From Acidobacteriota bacterium (GTDB lineage Bacteria; Acidobacteriota; Blastocatellia; Pyrinomonadales; Pyrinomonadaceae): 64,000 nt of DNA. Below are positions 27,692-37,093 of the stretch, piece by piece. The position numbers and the translations under genes are program-made. Positions within the stretch are counted from its first letter, which is position 1. The number at the start of each line of letters is the position of its first letter. The stretch covers positions 3,536 through 67,535 of the forward strand of contig JADKEF010000002.1 in assembly GCA_016718135.1 (NCBI GenBank), read 5' to 3'. Below the pieces are notes generated by a model, which did not search any database, was not told the origin of the DNA, and saw only the letters and a list, made by a program, of their open reading frames with translations.

Positions 27692-29198
27692 TTACAATGA
27701 GGTCATCGGCTCTGCGGACGTAATCCCATGCACACGTTTGTAAGCGAGTTCCGCGCTGATCAGACATATCTGCGTCCCGATGCCCGGATTCGTTCCCGCA
27801 CCGACATAAAACAGATTCTCGACCTTCTTCGACTTATTCTTAGGCCGAAATATCGCGGTCTGCCTTAGCGTATGAGCGAGACCGAGTGCAGAGCCTTTGA
27901 ACGCATTGTAGTCAATTCCAAAATCCGCGACCGTGTAAATACGTTTATATTCGATCTTTTCGCGAAGACCCGGCAGGTTCATTTCCGTTTCCATCAACGC
28001 CAAAACGCGATCGGCATACGCGTCCTTCTCAGCATCGGAGATCTCCAGTCCCGAAGCGATCGGCACCAGAACAAACAAATTCTCCTTCCCCTCCGGAGCA
28101 ACCGACGGATCGGTCACGCTCGGGGCACAGACATATAGCGACGGCTCGTCGGGCAGACGCGGGTCTTTGTATATGTCATCAAAATTCTTTCGCCAGTCTT
28201 CACTGAACAACAGATTGTGATGTATCAACGAAGGCAGCTTTTCGCTGACGCCGAGATACATGATGAACGCCGACGGGGCCATCGTGCGTTTTTGCCAGTA
28301 CTTCTCTTTGTGCGTTTGCTGTGGAATGTCGAGCAGCTGCGTCTCGGTGAACCACATATCGGCGTTCGAGATGACAAGATCTGCGTCGATCACTTCGCCG
28401 CCTTCGAGTCGCACTCCAACCGCCTTTCCGTCGCGAACGATGATCTTCTCGACCGGTGAATTGGTCCGTAAAACCGCTCCATTCTTCTCCGCGATGTTCG
28501 ACAAAGCCCTGATCAGCTCGTAAAAACCGCCCTGCGGATAAAACACTCCCTGGTTAAAGTCCATGTGCGACATCAGGTTGTACAGCGCCGGGGCTTCGTA
28601 GGGCGAGGTGCCGAGGAAGACCATAGTGTATTCCATCACCTGCTGCAGCTTTTTCGACGTGAAGAACTTCGACACAAACTTATGCATCGTCGAGAAAACC
28701 GAAAGCTTTTGCCCCTCGGTCATCACGCGTTTGTTGAAAAAATCGAAGATCGTATCGTAATTCTTAAACATGAAGTGCTGCGTCGCGACTTCATATTGAT
28801 ATTCGGATTGTTTCAAATAAGCCCGCAGCTTATCACCCGCTCCCGGCTCGATCGCGTCGAAGGTTGCGGTGTCGATGTCGATATTTGAGTTGATATCCAG
28901 CGGATCGCCGTTGTTGCGAAAAAAGATGCGATACGAAGGGCCGAGTTTACGAGGTCAAGATGATCCTCGACCTTTTCGCCTACGAGATTAAAGTAATGCT
29001 CGAAGATGTCCGGTGCCAGATACCACGACGGCCCCATGTCGAACTTAAATCCGTCATGCTCCAGAAAATGTTCGCGCGGCCGCCGAGGTTCGCGTTTTTT
29101 TCCACGACGGTCACATCGTAACCCTTCCGCGCAAAAAGACCGGCGGCCCCGAGACCGCCGATTCCAGCTCCGATAATTACGAGTTTCTTACCTACCAT
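27692..29198 (-). pseudogene. crtI: phytoene desaturase family (CrtI/CrtD), frame broken by two apparent 1-nt indels
   Basis: Three ORF pieces join colinearly: MVGKKLVIIGAGIGGLGAAG..VVEKN..LGGRA | ..HDGFKFDMGPSWY..EDHLDLV | ..LGPSYRIFF...FMFKNY...C-terminus. Shifts at about 29065-29075 and about 28944-28950. The start overlaps the crtB stop (TAATG). Confidence 0.8.
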
Positions 29199-30079
29199 TA
29201 TTCGTACACACCAACCAACGCCTTCGCTGAAAGCCACATCTTCTGCTTAAAGTTCGTTCGAACGCGGCCCTTATAAACATTATAGTTTGCTCGCTCCACT
29301 TCGGCTAAGATCGCCTTGTAAAGAACGTAGGCGATGCGGACTGCGAGGCGGCCTCGCAAGGAAAGCATTGGAATGCCGATTAGAGCTTCACGGTAGATCT
29401 GGCGGTTTCGTTCTATTTGAAATTTCATGAACCGCACAAACCGCTCGTCGTGAACGCGATCCGAAATATCATCAGACGATAAACCAAACCGCCGCAATTC
29501 CTCCTGCGGCATATAAACGCGGCCTAGTTCTTCGTAGTCCTCGCGAATGTCACGCAGGAAATTGGTCAACTGAAACGCATAACCGAGCTGCACCGCGTGT
29601 TTGAACGCCGCATCGCTCGAATATCCGACGATCCTCGTGACCATCAGCCCGATCACTCCGGCCGAGCCGTACATGTATTCTTCAAGCTCGGCGTAGGTCT
29701 GGTACGAGAATTTCTCCTCGTCCATGAACATCGACTTCAGAAAAGCCTCGCCGTCCTCGACCGGGATCGAGAATTTGTGGAAGGTATGAACTATCGCGTT
29801 CATCACCGCATCGTCGCTGCCGCCCGCATTCATTGCGTTGAGCCAGTTTTGCCGCCACTCGTCGAGTTTCGCAAGAGTATCCTCCGTCGTACCTTTCGCC
29901 GGATCATCAACTATCTCGTCCGGAATACGTGCAAAAGCATAAATACAATAGATCGCGTAGCGAACCTCCCGCGGAAAGAACTGCGTTGCGAAGTAATAAC
30001 TCGTGCCGTAACGATTCGTGATCGCTTTACACTGAGCCACGCCTTCTGCGAGAAATTGCCTGTCCTGCCAGTCAGCCAT
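29198..30079 (-). CDS. crtB: phytoene synthase
   Basis: 293 aa with SYYFAT.FFP, YAFAR..DEIVDD, LTNFLRDI.ED...GRVY.P. Confidence 0.9.
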   Translation of the reverse strand: MADWQDRQFLAEGVAQCKAITNRYGTSYYFATQFFPREVRYAIYCIYAFARIPDEIVDDPAKGTTEDTLAKLDEWRQNWLNAMNAGGSDDAVMNAIVHTFHKFSIPVEDGEAFLKSMFMDEEKFSYQTYAELEEYMYGSAGVIGLMVTRIVGYSSDAAFKHAVQLGYAFQLTNFLRDIREDYEELGRVYMPQEELRRFGLSSDDISDRVHDERFVRFMKFQIERNRQIYREALIGIPMLSLRGRLAVRIAYVLYKAILAEVERANYNVYKGRVRTNFKQKMWLSAKALVGVYE

Positions 30080-30248
30080 AGGGTTAGTCGTTCAAGAATC
30101 CTTGTTCGCCGAAGAGCTCAATTTGGATTCACTATGTTTTGCGTCCCAGGATATCTGCATTAAGAACCTTATTCACAAAAAATACAAGGGAGTTCGCCAG
30201 AAGCCGAAGATTTCAGAAATCGCGAACGATACGCGATAATCGCCCCTT

Positions 30249-30779
30249 ATGCCCGAGACCATCTCAAGCAAACACATCTACAAAGGCAGTATTTTCGACA
30301 TTCGCGTGGACACCGTTCGCGAGGGTGAGCTCGAGTACGAACGCGATATCATCGCCCATCCGGGCAGCGGCGTGATCGTGCCCGTCTACGAAGACGGCAC
30401 CGTTGCTCTAGTTCGCCAGTACCGTCACGCTGCTGGAAAATCTTTGCTTGAGATCCCCGCCGGTTCGCTCGACGAAGGCGAATCGCCCGAAACAGGTGCC
30501 CGGCGCGAGCTCGAAGAAGAGATCGGCGTGACCGCAGAAAATTTCGAACAGATCGCCGCATTCTACGTCTCGCCGGGATTTCTGACTGAGAAAATGTTTG
30601 TATTCCTCGCATCCGGGCTTAAGGAAACGAGCCAATCGCTCGATGATGATGAGATCGTTGAGATCGAACGCATAAGTTTCGAGCGGGCGTTTGAAATGAT
30701 CCGAAGTGGGGAGATCGAGGACGCGAAGACTATTGTTGGGCTGACGATTGCTGGTGCACGATATGGCCATGGGCTTTAA
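30249..30779 (+). CDS. ADP-ribose pyrophosphatase-type Nudix hydrolase
   Basis: Nudix box GSLDEGESPETGARRELEEEIGV. The N-terminal beta domain is typical of NudF. Confidence 0.8.
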   Translation: MPETISSKHIYKGSIFDIRVDTVREGELEYERDIIAHPGSGVIVPVYEDGTVALVRQYRHAAGKSLLEIPAGSLDEGESPETGARRELEEEIGVTAENFEQIAAFYVSPGFLTEKMFVFLASGLKETSQSLDDDEIVEIERISFERAFEMIRSGEIEDAKTIVGLTIAGARYGHGL

Positions 30780-30856
30780 ACGCCCGCTTTAAACATGCAA
30801 ATGCTTTAAATGCTTGTGCTGTTTTAAACACCCCGTATTAACCAAGTGCTTTAAAC
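30773..30856. repeat. five copies of G(C/T)TTTAAA(C/T) upstream of rplM
   Basis: Copies at 30773, 30786, 30803, 30821 and 30848. The first overlaps the nudF stop codon. Confidence 0.6.
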
Positions 30857-30985
30857 GAATGTAATTTAGTTTTAGGCATTTGTTTTTTTGAGCTTCCCTG
30901 CATTCCCAGCTTGACCTCGCCCCGGGACTTCGATATCCTATGCGTTCGCATTTTTGCGGATATTTCTATTAGTGTGTGTGTGAAT

Positions 30986-31423
30986 ATGAGTACTACTTAT
31001 TTTCCTAGCGGAAAGGGATTGGCTGAAAATCGTAAATGGTTGGTCGTGGATGCCAAGGGCAAGACGGTTGGCCGTTTGGCGACTGAGGTCGCTCGCATTC
31101 TGTCGGGCAAGAACAACCCGGCTTGGACGCCGTTTCTCGATATGGGCGATCACTGTGTTGTCATCAATGCTCGTCATGCGGTCTTCACCGGTGCCAAAAA
31201 TGACCAGAAGATCTATTACCGCCACACGCTGTATCCGGGCGGTTTGCGTGAGACGACCGTCAAAGAGATGTTCGAGAAAAAACCTGAAAAGGTCATCGAA
31301 CTCGCGGTAAAAGGAATGCTGCCGAAAACAAAGCTCGGCAAGGCAATGGCAAAGAAATTAAAGGTTTACGCCGACGCGGAACACCGTCACATCGCGCAGA
31401 AACCGGAGGCGAGAGAAATCTAG
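30986..31423 (+). CDS. rplM: 50S ribosomal protein L13
   Basis: [37 protein letters not shown]. Confidence 0.95.
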   Translation: MSTTYFPSGKGLAENRKWLVVDAKGKTVGRLATEVARILSGKNNPAWTPFLDMGDHCVVINARHAVFTGAKNDQKIYYRHTLYPGGLRETTVKEMFEKKPEKVIELAVKGMLPKTKLGKAMAKKLKVYADAEHRHIAQKPEAREI

Positions 31424-31497
31424 TGAACAGCGAATGTGAATAGTGAACAGTCAAGATCTGCTCACCGTTATTCACTATTCACCACTCACTATTCACT
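31421..31497. repeat. heptamer-armed hairpin (GTGAACA/GTGAATA units) between rplM and rpsI
   Basis: tagtgaacagcgaatgtgaatagtgaacagt ..loop.. ttattcactattcaccactcactattcact. Confidence 0.8.
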
Positions 31498-31504
31498 AAA
31501 AGAT

Positions 31505-31897
31505 ATGGCAGACATTCAGTATTACGGCACTGGCCGCAGAAAGACTTCGACAGCACGTGTTTACCTCCGTCCGGGTTCGGGCAAGATCGTGGTGAACAAG
31601 CGTGATTTTGACACCTACTTCCCTAACGAAGCGTTGCAGATGATCATTCGTCAGCCGCTTCGCTTGACGGAGACGACCGAGAAATTTGACATTCTCGTCA
31701 ACGTCGATGGCGGAGGCACGACCGGACAGGCCGGTGCGGTTCGTCACGGCATCACGCGTGCGTTGATGGAATTCAACGCTGACCTTCGTCCTGCTCTTAA
31801 GAAAGCAGGCTTCGTCACACGCGACCCGCGTCAGAAAGAACGTAAGAAATACGGGCAGAAAGGTGCTCGTGCGAGATTCCAGTTCTCGAAGCGTTAA
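31505..31897 (+). CDS. rpsI: 30S ribosomal protein S9
   Basis: [26 protein letters not shown] ... ends in RFQFSKR. Confidence 0.95.
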   Translation: MADIQYYGTGRRKTSTARVYLRPGSGKIVVNKRDFDTYFPNEALQMIIRQPLRLTETTEKFDILVNVDGGGTTGQAGAVRHGITRALMEFNADLRPALKKAGFVTRDPRQKERKKYGQKGARARFQFSKR

Positions 31898-31902
31898 GAA
31901 GA

Positions 31903-31963
31903 TGGTTTTTGGTTTTGGGTTTTTAGCTTTTGCGAAAACCCAAAGCCGAAAGCCCAAAACCAT
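31903..31963. repeat. hairpin with GGTTTT(T/G) heptamer arms, probable rpsI terminator
   Basis: atggtttttggttttgggtttttagcttttgc / gaaaacccaaagccgaaagcccaaaaccat. Confidence 0.7.
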
Positions 31964-32026
31964 TGGCGAGACATTTGGTTAAAATTGACCGATCCCGCCA
32001 AGTACATAAACCAGGAGAATAAAGTT

Positions 32027-33019
32027 TTGGCTACAGTTACGATGAAAGAGCTCCTCGAAGCAGGAGTTCATTTTGGTCACCAGGTTCGCCGTTGGAATCC
32101 GAAGATGAAGGAATACATCTTTGGAGAGCGCAACGGCATTTACATTATAGATCTGCAGAAAACGCAGAAATTGTTCCGCGACTCGCTCAATTGGGTCACC
32201 GAATCCTTGAGTGCTCGTCCGAATCAGAAGGTTCTCTTCGTCGGCACCAAGCGTCAGGCTCAGGAGGCGATCAAGGAAGAAGCGGAACGCTGCGGACAGT
32301 TTTACATCAATAACCGCTGGCTCGGCGGCCTCTTGACGAACTACGAAACCGTCAAAAAATCGATCAACAAGCTTAAAGAGATCGAAACGATGCAAGAGGA
32401 TGGCCGCTTTGAAATGCTCACCAAGAAAGAGCGTTTGCAGCTTACTCGTGCTCACGAGAAATTGATGAAGAATTTGGCCGGCATCAAGGACATGAACGGA
32501 ATGCCCGATCTCATGTTCGTCATCGATGTCCGCAAAGAAGATATCGCGATCAAGGAAGCCAACAATCTTGGCATCCCGATCGTTGCTGTGGTTGACACTA
32601 ACTGTTCTCCCGATGGTATTGACCTTGTCATTCCCGGTAACGACGATGCCCTTCGTGCTATCCGTCTTTTTGCCTCGCGTATCGCTGATGCGATCATCGA
32701 AGGCAAGCAGATCGGGACCGAAGGCGGAATTGCCGTTACTGAGCCTACTGAGGAGGAAGCCGCAGCCGAGGCCGCGAAGGTCGAGATCGCTCTTTCGTCG
32801 ATCCCTAAGGAATACCTTAGCGAAGACGAGCGTGCCGAGATGGAATCGGCCGAAGTTCCTGATGAGGAAGAAGACGACGTCGTCTCTGCCGATATGGAAC
32901 TGACAGCGGATGCTGGGCCTGCCGCCGAAGCACCGGCTGAGGTTCCCTGCCGAGACAGCCACGGAAACAGCCGGGGCAACAACGGAAGAAAGCACGGAAG
33001 CAACAGCAAGCTAACCTAG
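32027..33019 (+). CDS. rpsB: 30S ribosomal protein S2 with acidic C-terminal extension
   Basis: TTG start 8 nt after AGGAG gives [27 protein letters not shown]. There is an acidic tail of about 90 aa. The last roughly 25 codons may be out of frame (see finding). Confidence 0.9.
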   Translation: MATVTMKELLEAGVHFGHQVRRWNPKMKEYIFGERNGIYIIDLQKTQKLFRDSLNWVTESLSARPNQKVLFVGTKRQAQEAIKEEAERCGQFYINNRWLGGLLTNYETVKKSINKLKEIETMQEDGRFEMLTKKERLQLTRAHEKLMKNLAGIKDMNGMPDLMFVIDVRKEDIAIKEANNLGIPIVAVVDTNCSPDGIDLVIPGNDDALRAIRLFASRIADAIIEGKQIGTEGGIAVTEPTEEEAAAEAAKVEIALSSIPKEYLSEDERAEMESAEVPDEEEDDVVSADMELTADAGPAAEAPAEVPCRDSHGNSRGNNGRKHGSNSKLT

Positions 33020-33032
33020 TTTTTGAATTATC

Positions 33033-33078
33033 AAGCGTAGCTTTTTTCCGGTGTTCGGCAATTGGCTACGCTTTTTTA
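33033..33078 (+). terminator. hairpin + T-run between rpsB and tsf (terminator/attenuator)
   Basis: 9-bp stem AAGCGTAGC/GCTACGCTT followed by TTTTTTAT. Confidence 0.55.
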
Positions 33079-33102
33079 TAAGCAATTATTGGAGTTTAAG
33101 TT

Positions 33103-33765
33103 ATGGCAGAAGTTACAGCAGCGGCAGTGAAATCACTGCGTGAAAAATCGGGTGCGGGCATGATCGATTGCAAGAACGCACTTGTCGAAGCAAATGGTGA
33201 TGAGACGGCGGCGATGGACCTTCTTCGCAAGAAAGGCATGGCACAGGCCGGCAAGAAAGCCGGACGCGTGACGGCCGAGGGTGCTGTTGGATCATACATC
33301 CACATGGGCGGCAAGGTCGGCGTTCTCGTCGAGATCAATTGCGAAAGCGATTTCGTCTCGCGTGGCGAAGAGTTTCAACAGCTCGTCAAAGATGTCGCGA
33401 TGCACATCGCAGCGGCAGATCCGCGTTATACCAATCGTACTGACGTCCCTGAGGGCGATCTCGCAAAAGAGCGTGAGATCCTGATGGAGCAGCTCAAGAA
33501 CGATCCTAAGAACGCAGGCAAGCCTGAAGAAGTTCTCGAAAAGATCATCGTCGGCCGTCTGAACAAATTCTACGAGGACAACGTTCTCGCCGATCAACCG
33601 TTCGTCAAAGATCCATCGAAAACAGTCGGGGACCTCGTTGGCGAAAAGATCGCCTCGATCAAAGAGAACATCTCGATCCGCCGCTTCTCCCGCTTCAAGA
33701 TGGGCGAGGGCATCGAGAAAAAAGCTGACGATTTCGCGGCCGAGGTCGCATCGATGGTCGGTTAA
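33103..33765 (+). CDS. tsf: elongation factor Ts (short form)
   Basis: [22 protein letters not shown]...A...LRKKG. Confidence 0.95.
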   Translation: MAEVTAAAVKSLREKSGAGMIDCKNALVEANGDETAAMDLLRKKGMAQAGKKAGRVTAEGAVGSYIHMGGKVGVLVEINCESDFVSRGEEFQQLVKDVAMHIAAADPRYTNRTDVPEGDLAKEREILMEQLKNDPKNAGKPEEVLEKIIVGRLNKFYEDNVLADQPFVKDPSKTVGDLVGEKIASIKENISIRRFSRFKMGEGIEKKADDFAAEVASMVG

Positions 33766-33770
33766 GATCA

Positions 33771-33840
33771 GTTCATAGAGTTTATTGAGTTCTTTGAGAG
33801 TATTGTCTCAATGAACTCAATGAACTCTATAACTCAATAA
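33771..33840. repeat. hairpin with GAACTCAAT/ATTGAGTTC-type tandem arms between tsf and pyrH
   Basis: gttcatagagtttattgagttctttgaga / tctcaatgaactcaatgaactctataactcaataaac. Confidence 0.7.
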
Positions 33841-33844
33841 ACTT

Positions 33845-34564
33845 ATGGCAACGCCAAAATTCAACCGAATTCTTCTTAAGCTTTCCGGCGAAGCTCTCAT
33901 GGGTTCGCAGAGCTATGGCATTGATACAAAGGTTGCTGAGGCGGCGGCGAAGGAACTGAAGGCGGTTCACGAACTCGGTATCGAGATCGCGATCGTGGTC
34001 GGCGGCGGAAACATCTTTCGCGGTGTTTCGGAGTCCGCGGGAAACATGGACCGCGCAGCGGCCGACTATATCGGTATGCTCGCGACGGTGATGAATGCCG
34101 TAGTTCTCCAGGATGCCCTTGAACAGCAAAATGTCTACACACGCGTGATGTCGGCGATCGATATTCCGCAGCTTGCCGAGCCATTCATTCGCCGGCGTGC
34201 GGTGCGGCATCTTGAAAAAAAACGTGTCGTCATATTTGCAGCCGGAACCGGAAATCCGTATTTTACTACTGATTCGGCTGCGGCCCTCAGAGCACTTGAG
34301 ATACAAGCAGACGTTATCCTCAAGGGCACAAAGGTCGACGGAATTTATACTGCCGATCCGGTCAAAGATCCGTCGGCAACGCGTTTTGAAAAGATCACGT
34401 TCCAGGAAGTTCTCGAAAAACGCCTGAACGTAATGGACGCCTCGGCGATATCGCTTTGCCGGGACAACGACCTCCCGATCATGGTTTTTAACATGCGGGA
34501 AAACGGAAATATTGCAAAAGCAGTGTGCGGCGACATGTCGATCGGCACATTGGTAACTAACTAG
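33845..34564 (+). CDS. pyrH: UMP kinase
   Basis: [41 protein letters not shown]. Confidence 0.95.
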   Translation: MATPKFNRILLKLSGEALMGSQSYGIDTKVAEAAAKELKAVHELGIEIAIVVGGGNIFRGVSESAGNMDRAAADYIGMLATVMNAVVLQDALEQQNVYTRVMSAIDIPQLAEPFIRRRAVRHLEKKRVVIFAAGTGNPYFTTDSAAALRALEIQADVILKGTKVDGIYTADPVKDPSATRFEKITFQEVLEKRLNVMDASAISLCRDNDLPIMVFNMRENGNIAKAVCGDMSIGTLVTN

Positions 34565-34659
34565 TGAATAGTGATCAGTGATCAGTGAACAGTCTAGGAA
34601 GTACGGAAATAACTGTATGAGGCTCATCACTATTCACTATTCACTATTCACTGTCCACT
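34563..34659. repeat. heptamer-armed hairpin (GTGAATA/GTGATCA units) between pyrH and frr
   Basis: agtgaatagtgatcagtgatcagtgaacagt ..30-nt loop.. catcactattcactattcactattcactgtccact. Confidence 0.8.
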
Positions 34660-34665
34660 AATCAT

Positions 34666-35226
34666 ATGAGTGCACAGGATGTCATAAAAGAAACTGGACC
34701 GAAGATGGATGCGGTCATTGAGGATTTTAAGCGGAAGCTTGCGAATATCCGCACCGGACGAGCGACGGTTGGGATGCTTGATGCCGTTTTGGTCGATTAC
34801 TACGGCGTCCCAACGCCCTTGAGTCAGATGGCTTCGGTCGCAGTGCCTGAGCCTGCAATGCTTACCATTCAGCCGTGGGATACCACGCAAATGGGAGCTA
34901 TTGAGAAGGCTATTATCGCCGCTAATCTCGGCATGACGCCTTCGAATGACGGCAAGGTCATTCGTCTAAGCGTCCCGGCTCCTACCGAAGAGCGTCGTCG
35001 TCAGTTTGCCAAGCAGGCTCACGAGATCGCCGAAGAACATCGCATCGCCATCCGTAACGTCCGCCACCACTCAAACGATCTGCTCAAGAAAATGCTCAAG
35101 GACAAGGAGATATCCGAAGACGAAGAACGCGGCAGCCTCGAAGAGGTCCAAAAGCTCACCAATGCTCACATCGCAAAGGTCGATGAGCTAAGCAAGAACA
35201 AAGAAGCTGAAATAATGAGTGTTTAG
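34666..35226 (+). CDS. frr: ribosome recycling factor
   Basis: 186 aa with IRTGRA....LD.V.VDYYG..TPL.Q.A.V. Confidence 0.95.
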   Translation: MSAQDVIKETGPKMDAVIEDFKRKLANIRTGRATVGMLDAVLVDYYGVPTPLSQMASVAVPEPAMLTIQPWDTTQMGAIEKAIIAANLGMTPSNDGKVIRLSVPAPTEERRRQFAKQAHEIAEEHRIAIRNVRHHSNDLLKKMLKDKEISEDEERGSLEEVQKLTNAHIAKVDELSKNKEAEIMSV

Positions 35227-36467
35227 AGCCTTGTGATGCTTTCTAAGCGGGCGGTTTCCGGCAAAGCGGAAAACGTCCGCTTTTTTACGACCGATGCGAT
35301 CCCATCGAATGCCTGATTCAAGATCGTCTCGTCTGCAAGATAGACCAGCCTGAAATATCCCTCATCCGCTTTCGTCCCAAAACCTGATCCGTGAACAACT
35401 AACACTCCGGTTTCCTGTAGGAGATTTAGGGCGAAGTGTTCGTCGGTTCCGCCGTTTAGGTCGTTGACCTTGACCATGAGGTAGAAGGCAGCGGCCGGGA
35501 TCGTACATGAAAGTCCGTCGATCTCACTAACGCGTCGGACGGCGAGGTCTCGGCGGGTCTGGATGTCGTTCATGAAATTTGCGACGAAACCGTCGTCACA
35601 TGTGAGCGCCGGTTTTACTGCGTATTGAGCCGGTGTCGGTGAGCAGAGTCGGCCGCTTGCGAGTTTGCCGATGGCCTCGATCAGTCTTGGCATTGATGCG
35701 GCGTTGGTAAATCTCATCCAGCCGATCCGCCAGCCTGAGAGCATGTGCGTTTTTGAAAGGCTTTCGAGGGTGATGACCGGAACGTCGCTTCCCAAAGCTA
35801 AAAGCGAAGCCGGTTTGGGGGCCGTCCCAAAGCAAAGGTCGCGATAGACTTCGTCGGTAATGACCACAAGATTGCTGGCCGCTGCGATCTCGAGCATTTT
35901 GGTAGTAATCTCGTCCGCGATGACAGCACCGGTCGGATTGCTAGGATTGATCAGAACGATCGCACGGGTTCGCGGCGTTACCAATGATCGGATCTCTTCG
36001 GTGTCGGGCTGCCAATCCTTCTTATCATCGAGTCGGTAATAGACCGGCGTCGCTCCGAGCTTATGCATGATCGCATCGTAGAGCGGATAACCGGGAGCAG
36101 GGAGCAGTACTTCGTCGCCCGGATCTAGCAGAGCGGTCAACACCAGATCGGCCCCTTCCGACGCGCCGGACGTCATCACAACTTCCTCAACCGCAGTCTC
36201 AACACCTGTCGCCAGGGCATATTCACACACGGCTTCCCTAGCCTCATAAAGCCCGGCCGACGAAGCGTATCCCGTAAATCCGTCCCTGAGAGCTTTCACC
36301 ACAGGCTCGGTCACATACGCCGGGGGGCGGAATCCAAATGCCTGCGGGTCGCCGATGTTCAGCGAAATGACCTCACGTCCCGAGCGTTTCAGAGCGTCGG
36401 CAGCCGCCACGACATTGCGTATTGCGTAGCGAAAATTAGCAGTTCTATGCGAAGGTGCGATCGACAT
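35223..36467 (-). CDS. class I/II PLP-dependent aminotransferase (AlaA/AspC-like)
   Basis: 414 aa with LNIGDP, NPSNPTG, and SLSKTHMLSGWRIGW (PLP lysine). Confidence 0.85.
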   Translation of the reverse strand: MSIAPSHRTANFRYAIRNVVAAADALKRSGREVISLNIGDPQAFGFRPPAYVTEPVVKALRDGFTGYASSAGLYEAREAVCEYALATGVETAVEEVVMTSGASEGADLVLTALLDPGDEVLLPAPGYPLYDAIMHKLGATPVYYRLDDKKDWQPDTEEIRSLVTPRTRAIVLINPSNPTGAVIADEITTKMLEIAAASNLVVITDEVYRDLCFGTAPKPASLLALGSDVPVITLESLSKTHMLSGWRIGWMRFTNAASMPRLIEAIGKLASGRLCSPTPAQYAVKPALTCDDGFVANFMNDIQTRRDLAVRRVSEIDGLSCTIPAAAFYLMVKVNDLNGGTDEHFALNLLQETGVLVVHGSGFGTKADEGYFRLVYLADETILNQAFDGIASVVKKRTFSALPETARLESITRL

Positions 36468-36544
36468 AAAGGAGTTAGATTAACTTATGGCTACCACTTT
36501 TGCTAGTTATGGATGTCGGATTTCTCCACGTCCCAGGAATTGTT

Positions 36545-36612
36545 TTGCGGCTTCTTTGCGTTCTTTGCGGACTTTGCGTGAGAGTCCGGAATTTTCACGC
36601 AAAGCTCGCTCA
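36545..36612. repeat. CTTTGCG tandem units ending in a 10-bp-stem hairpin
   Basis: cttctttgcg ttctttgcg gactttgcg, then CTTTGCGTGA..13-nt loop..TCACGCAAAG. Confidence 0.7.
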
Positions 36613-36665
36613 GGTCGCAATGGACGCGAAGTGGAACGTCCCAGAAATGTCGGTGAGCCGCGTGC

Positions 36666-36774
36666 AAAGGGAGAACCACCTGCGTAAGCGGGTGGTCTCA
36701 GCGTCGGCCCATCACGTCCCATGGACGTCGTCCCGCTGATCAGCCCTGATATGGCCACACGCGGTTCTCCCTTT
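36666..36774. other. 109-nt highly structured element closed by a 12-bp perfect inverted repeat (candidate ncRNA or MITE-like repeat)
   Basis: AAAGGGAGAACC at 36666-36677 pairs with GGTTCTCCCTTT at 36763-36774. Internal hairpins are CCACCTGC-GTAA-GCGGGTGG, ACGTCC-CAT-GGACGT and a short CAGC-CCTGAT..GCTG-type hairpin. The first 28 nt (from 36669) duplicate 6597-6624. Confidence 0.6.
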
Positions 36775-37093
36775 CACCCGACGTCGCCGCTCTCCATGCT
36801 GTCTTCTTCCAGTAGTCCGAGATAGCCCCGGCTCGTCAGCCGAACGGGATTGGCGTCTCGTCCCCACCACGGCTCCATCCGTCCGCACGTCGACAAGGCT
36901 AGTCGGTTGCTCCCAACAGGAGTTTGAAGTGGTTTTGCGTGTGACGGCGGTTCATTCCGCGACAACCAATCGAACGGCGTACCATCCGCCGCTAATGCCG
37001 ATAACGTCACTATTCGCCGATAATGTAGCATTCCGCCGATATCGCCGTTAATGCCAATAAACTGCTTCTTATCATTTCGCGTTTGGAGTATAT

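Noticed and set aside
31979-32995. 338-aa minus-strand ORF
   Set aside because: It is fully antisense to rpsB, whose product is unmistakable. The antisense translation is low-complexity with no motifs, so it is a shadow ORF.
33827-34630. 267-aa minus-strand ORF
   Set aside because: It is antisense to pyrH (UMP kinase motifs are unambiguous on the plus strand).
36468-37093. RNase P RNA, tmRNA, SRP RNA, cobalamin riboswitch or hammerhead in the ORF-free region
   Set aside because: I looked on both strands for GGAAAGUCCGGGC-type RNase P boxes, a tRNA-like GGUUCGAxUCC..CCA 3' end, the SRP GGAA/AGCA loop, a B12 box and a CUGAnGA..GAAA core. Only a lone CUGACGA was found, with no matching helices. 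No known family can be asserted by eye.
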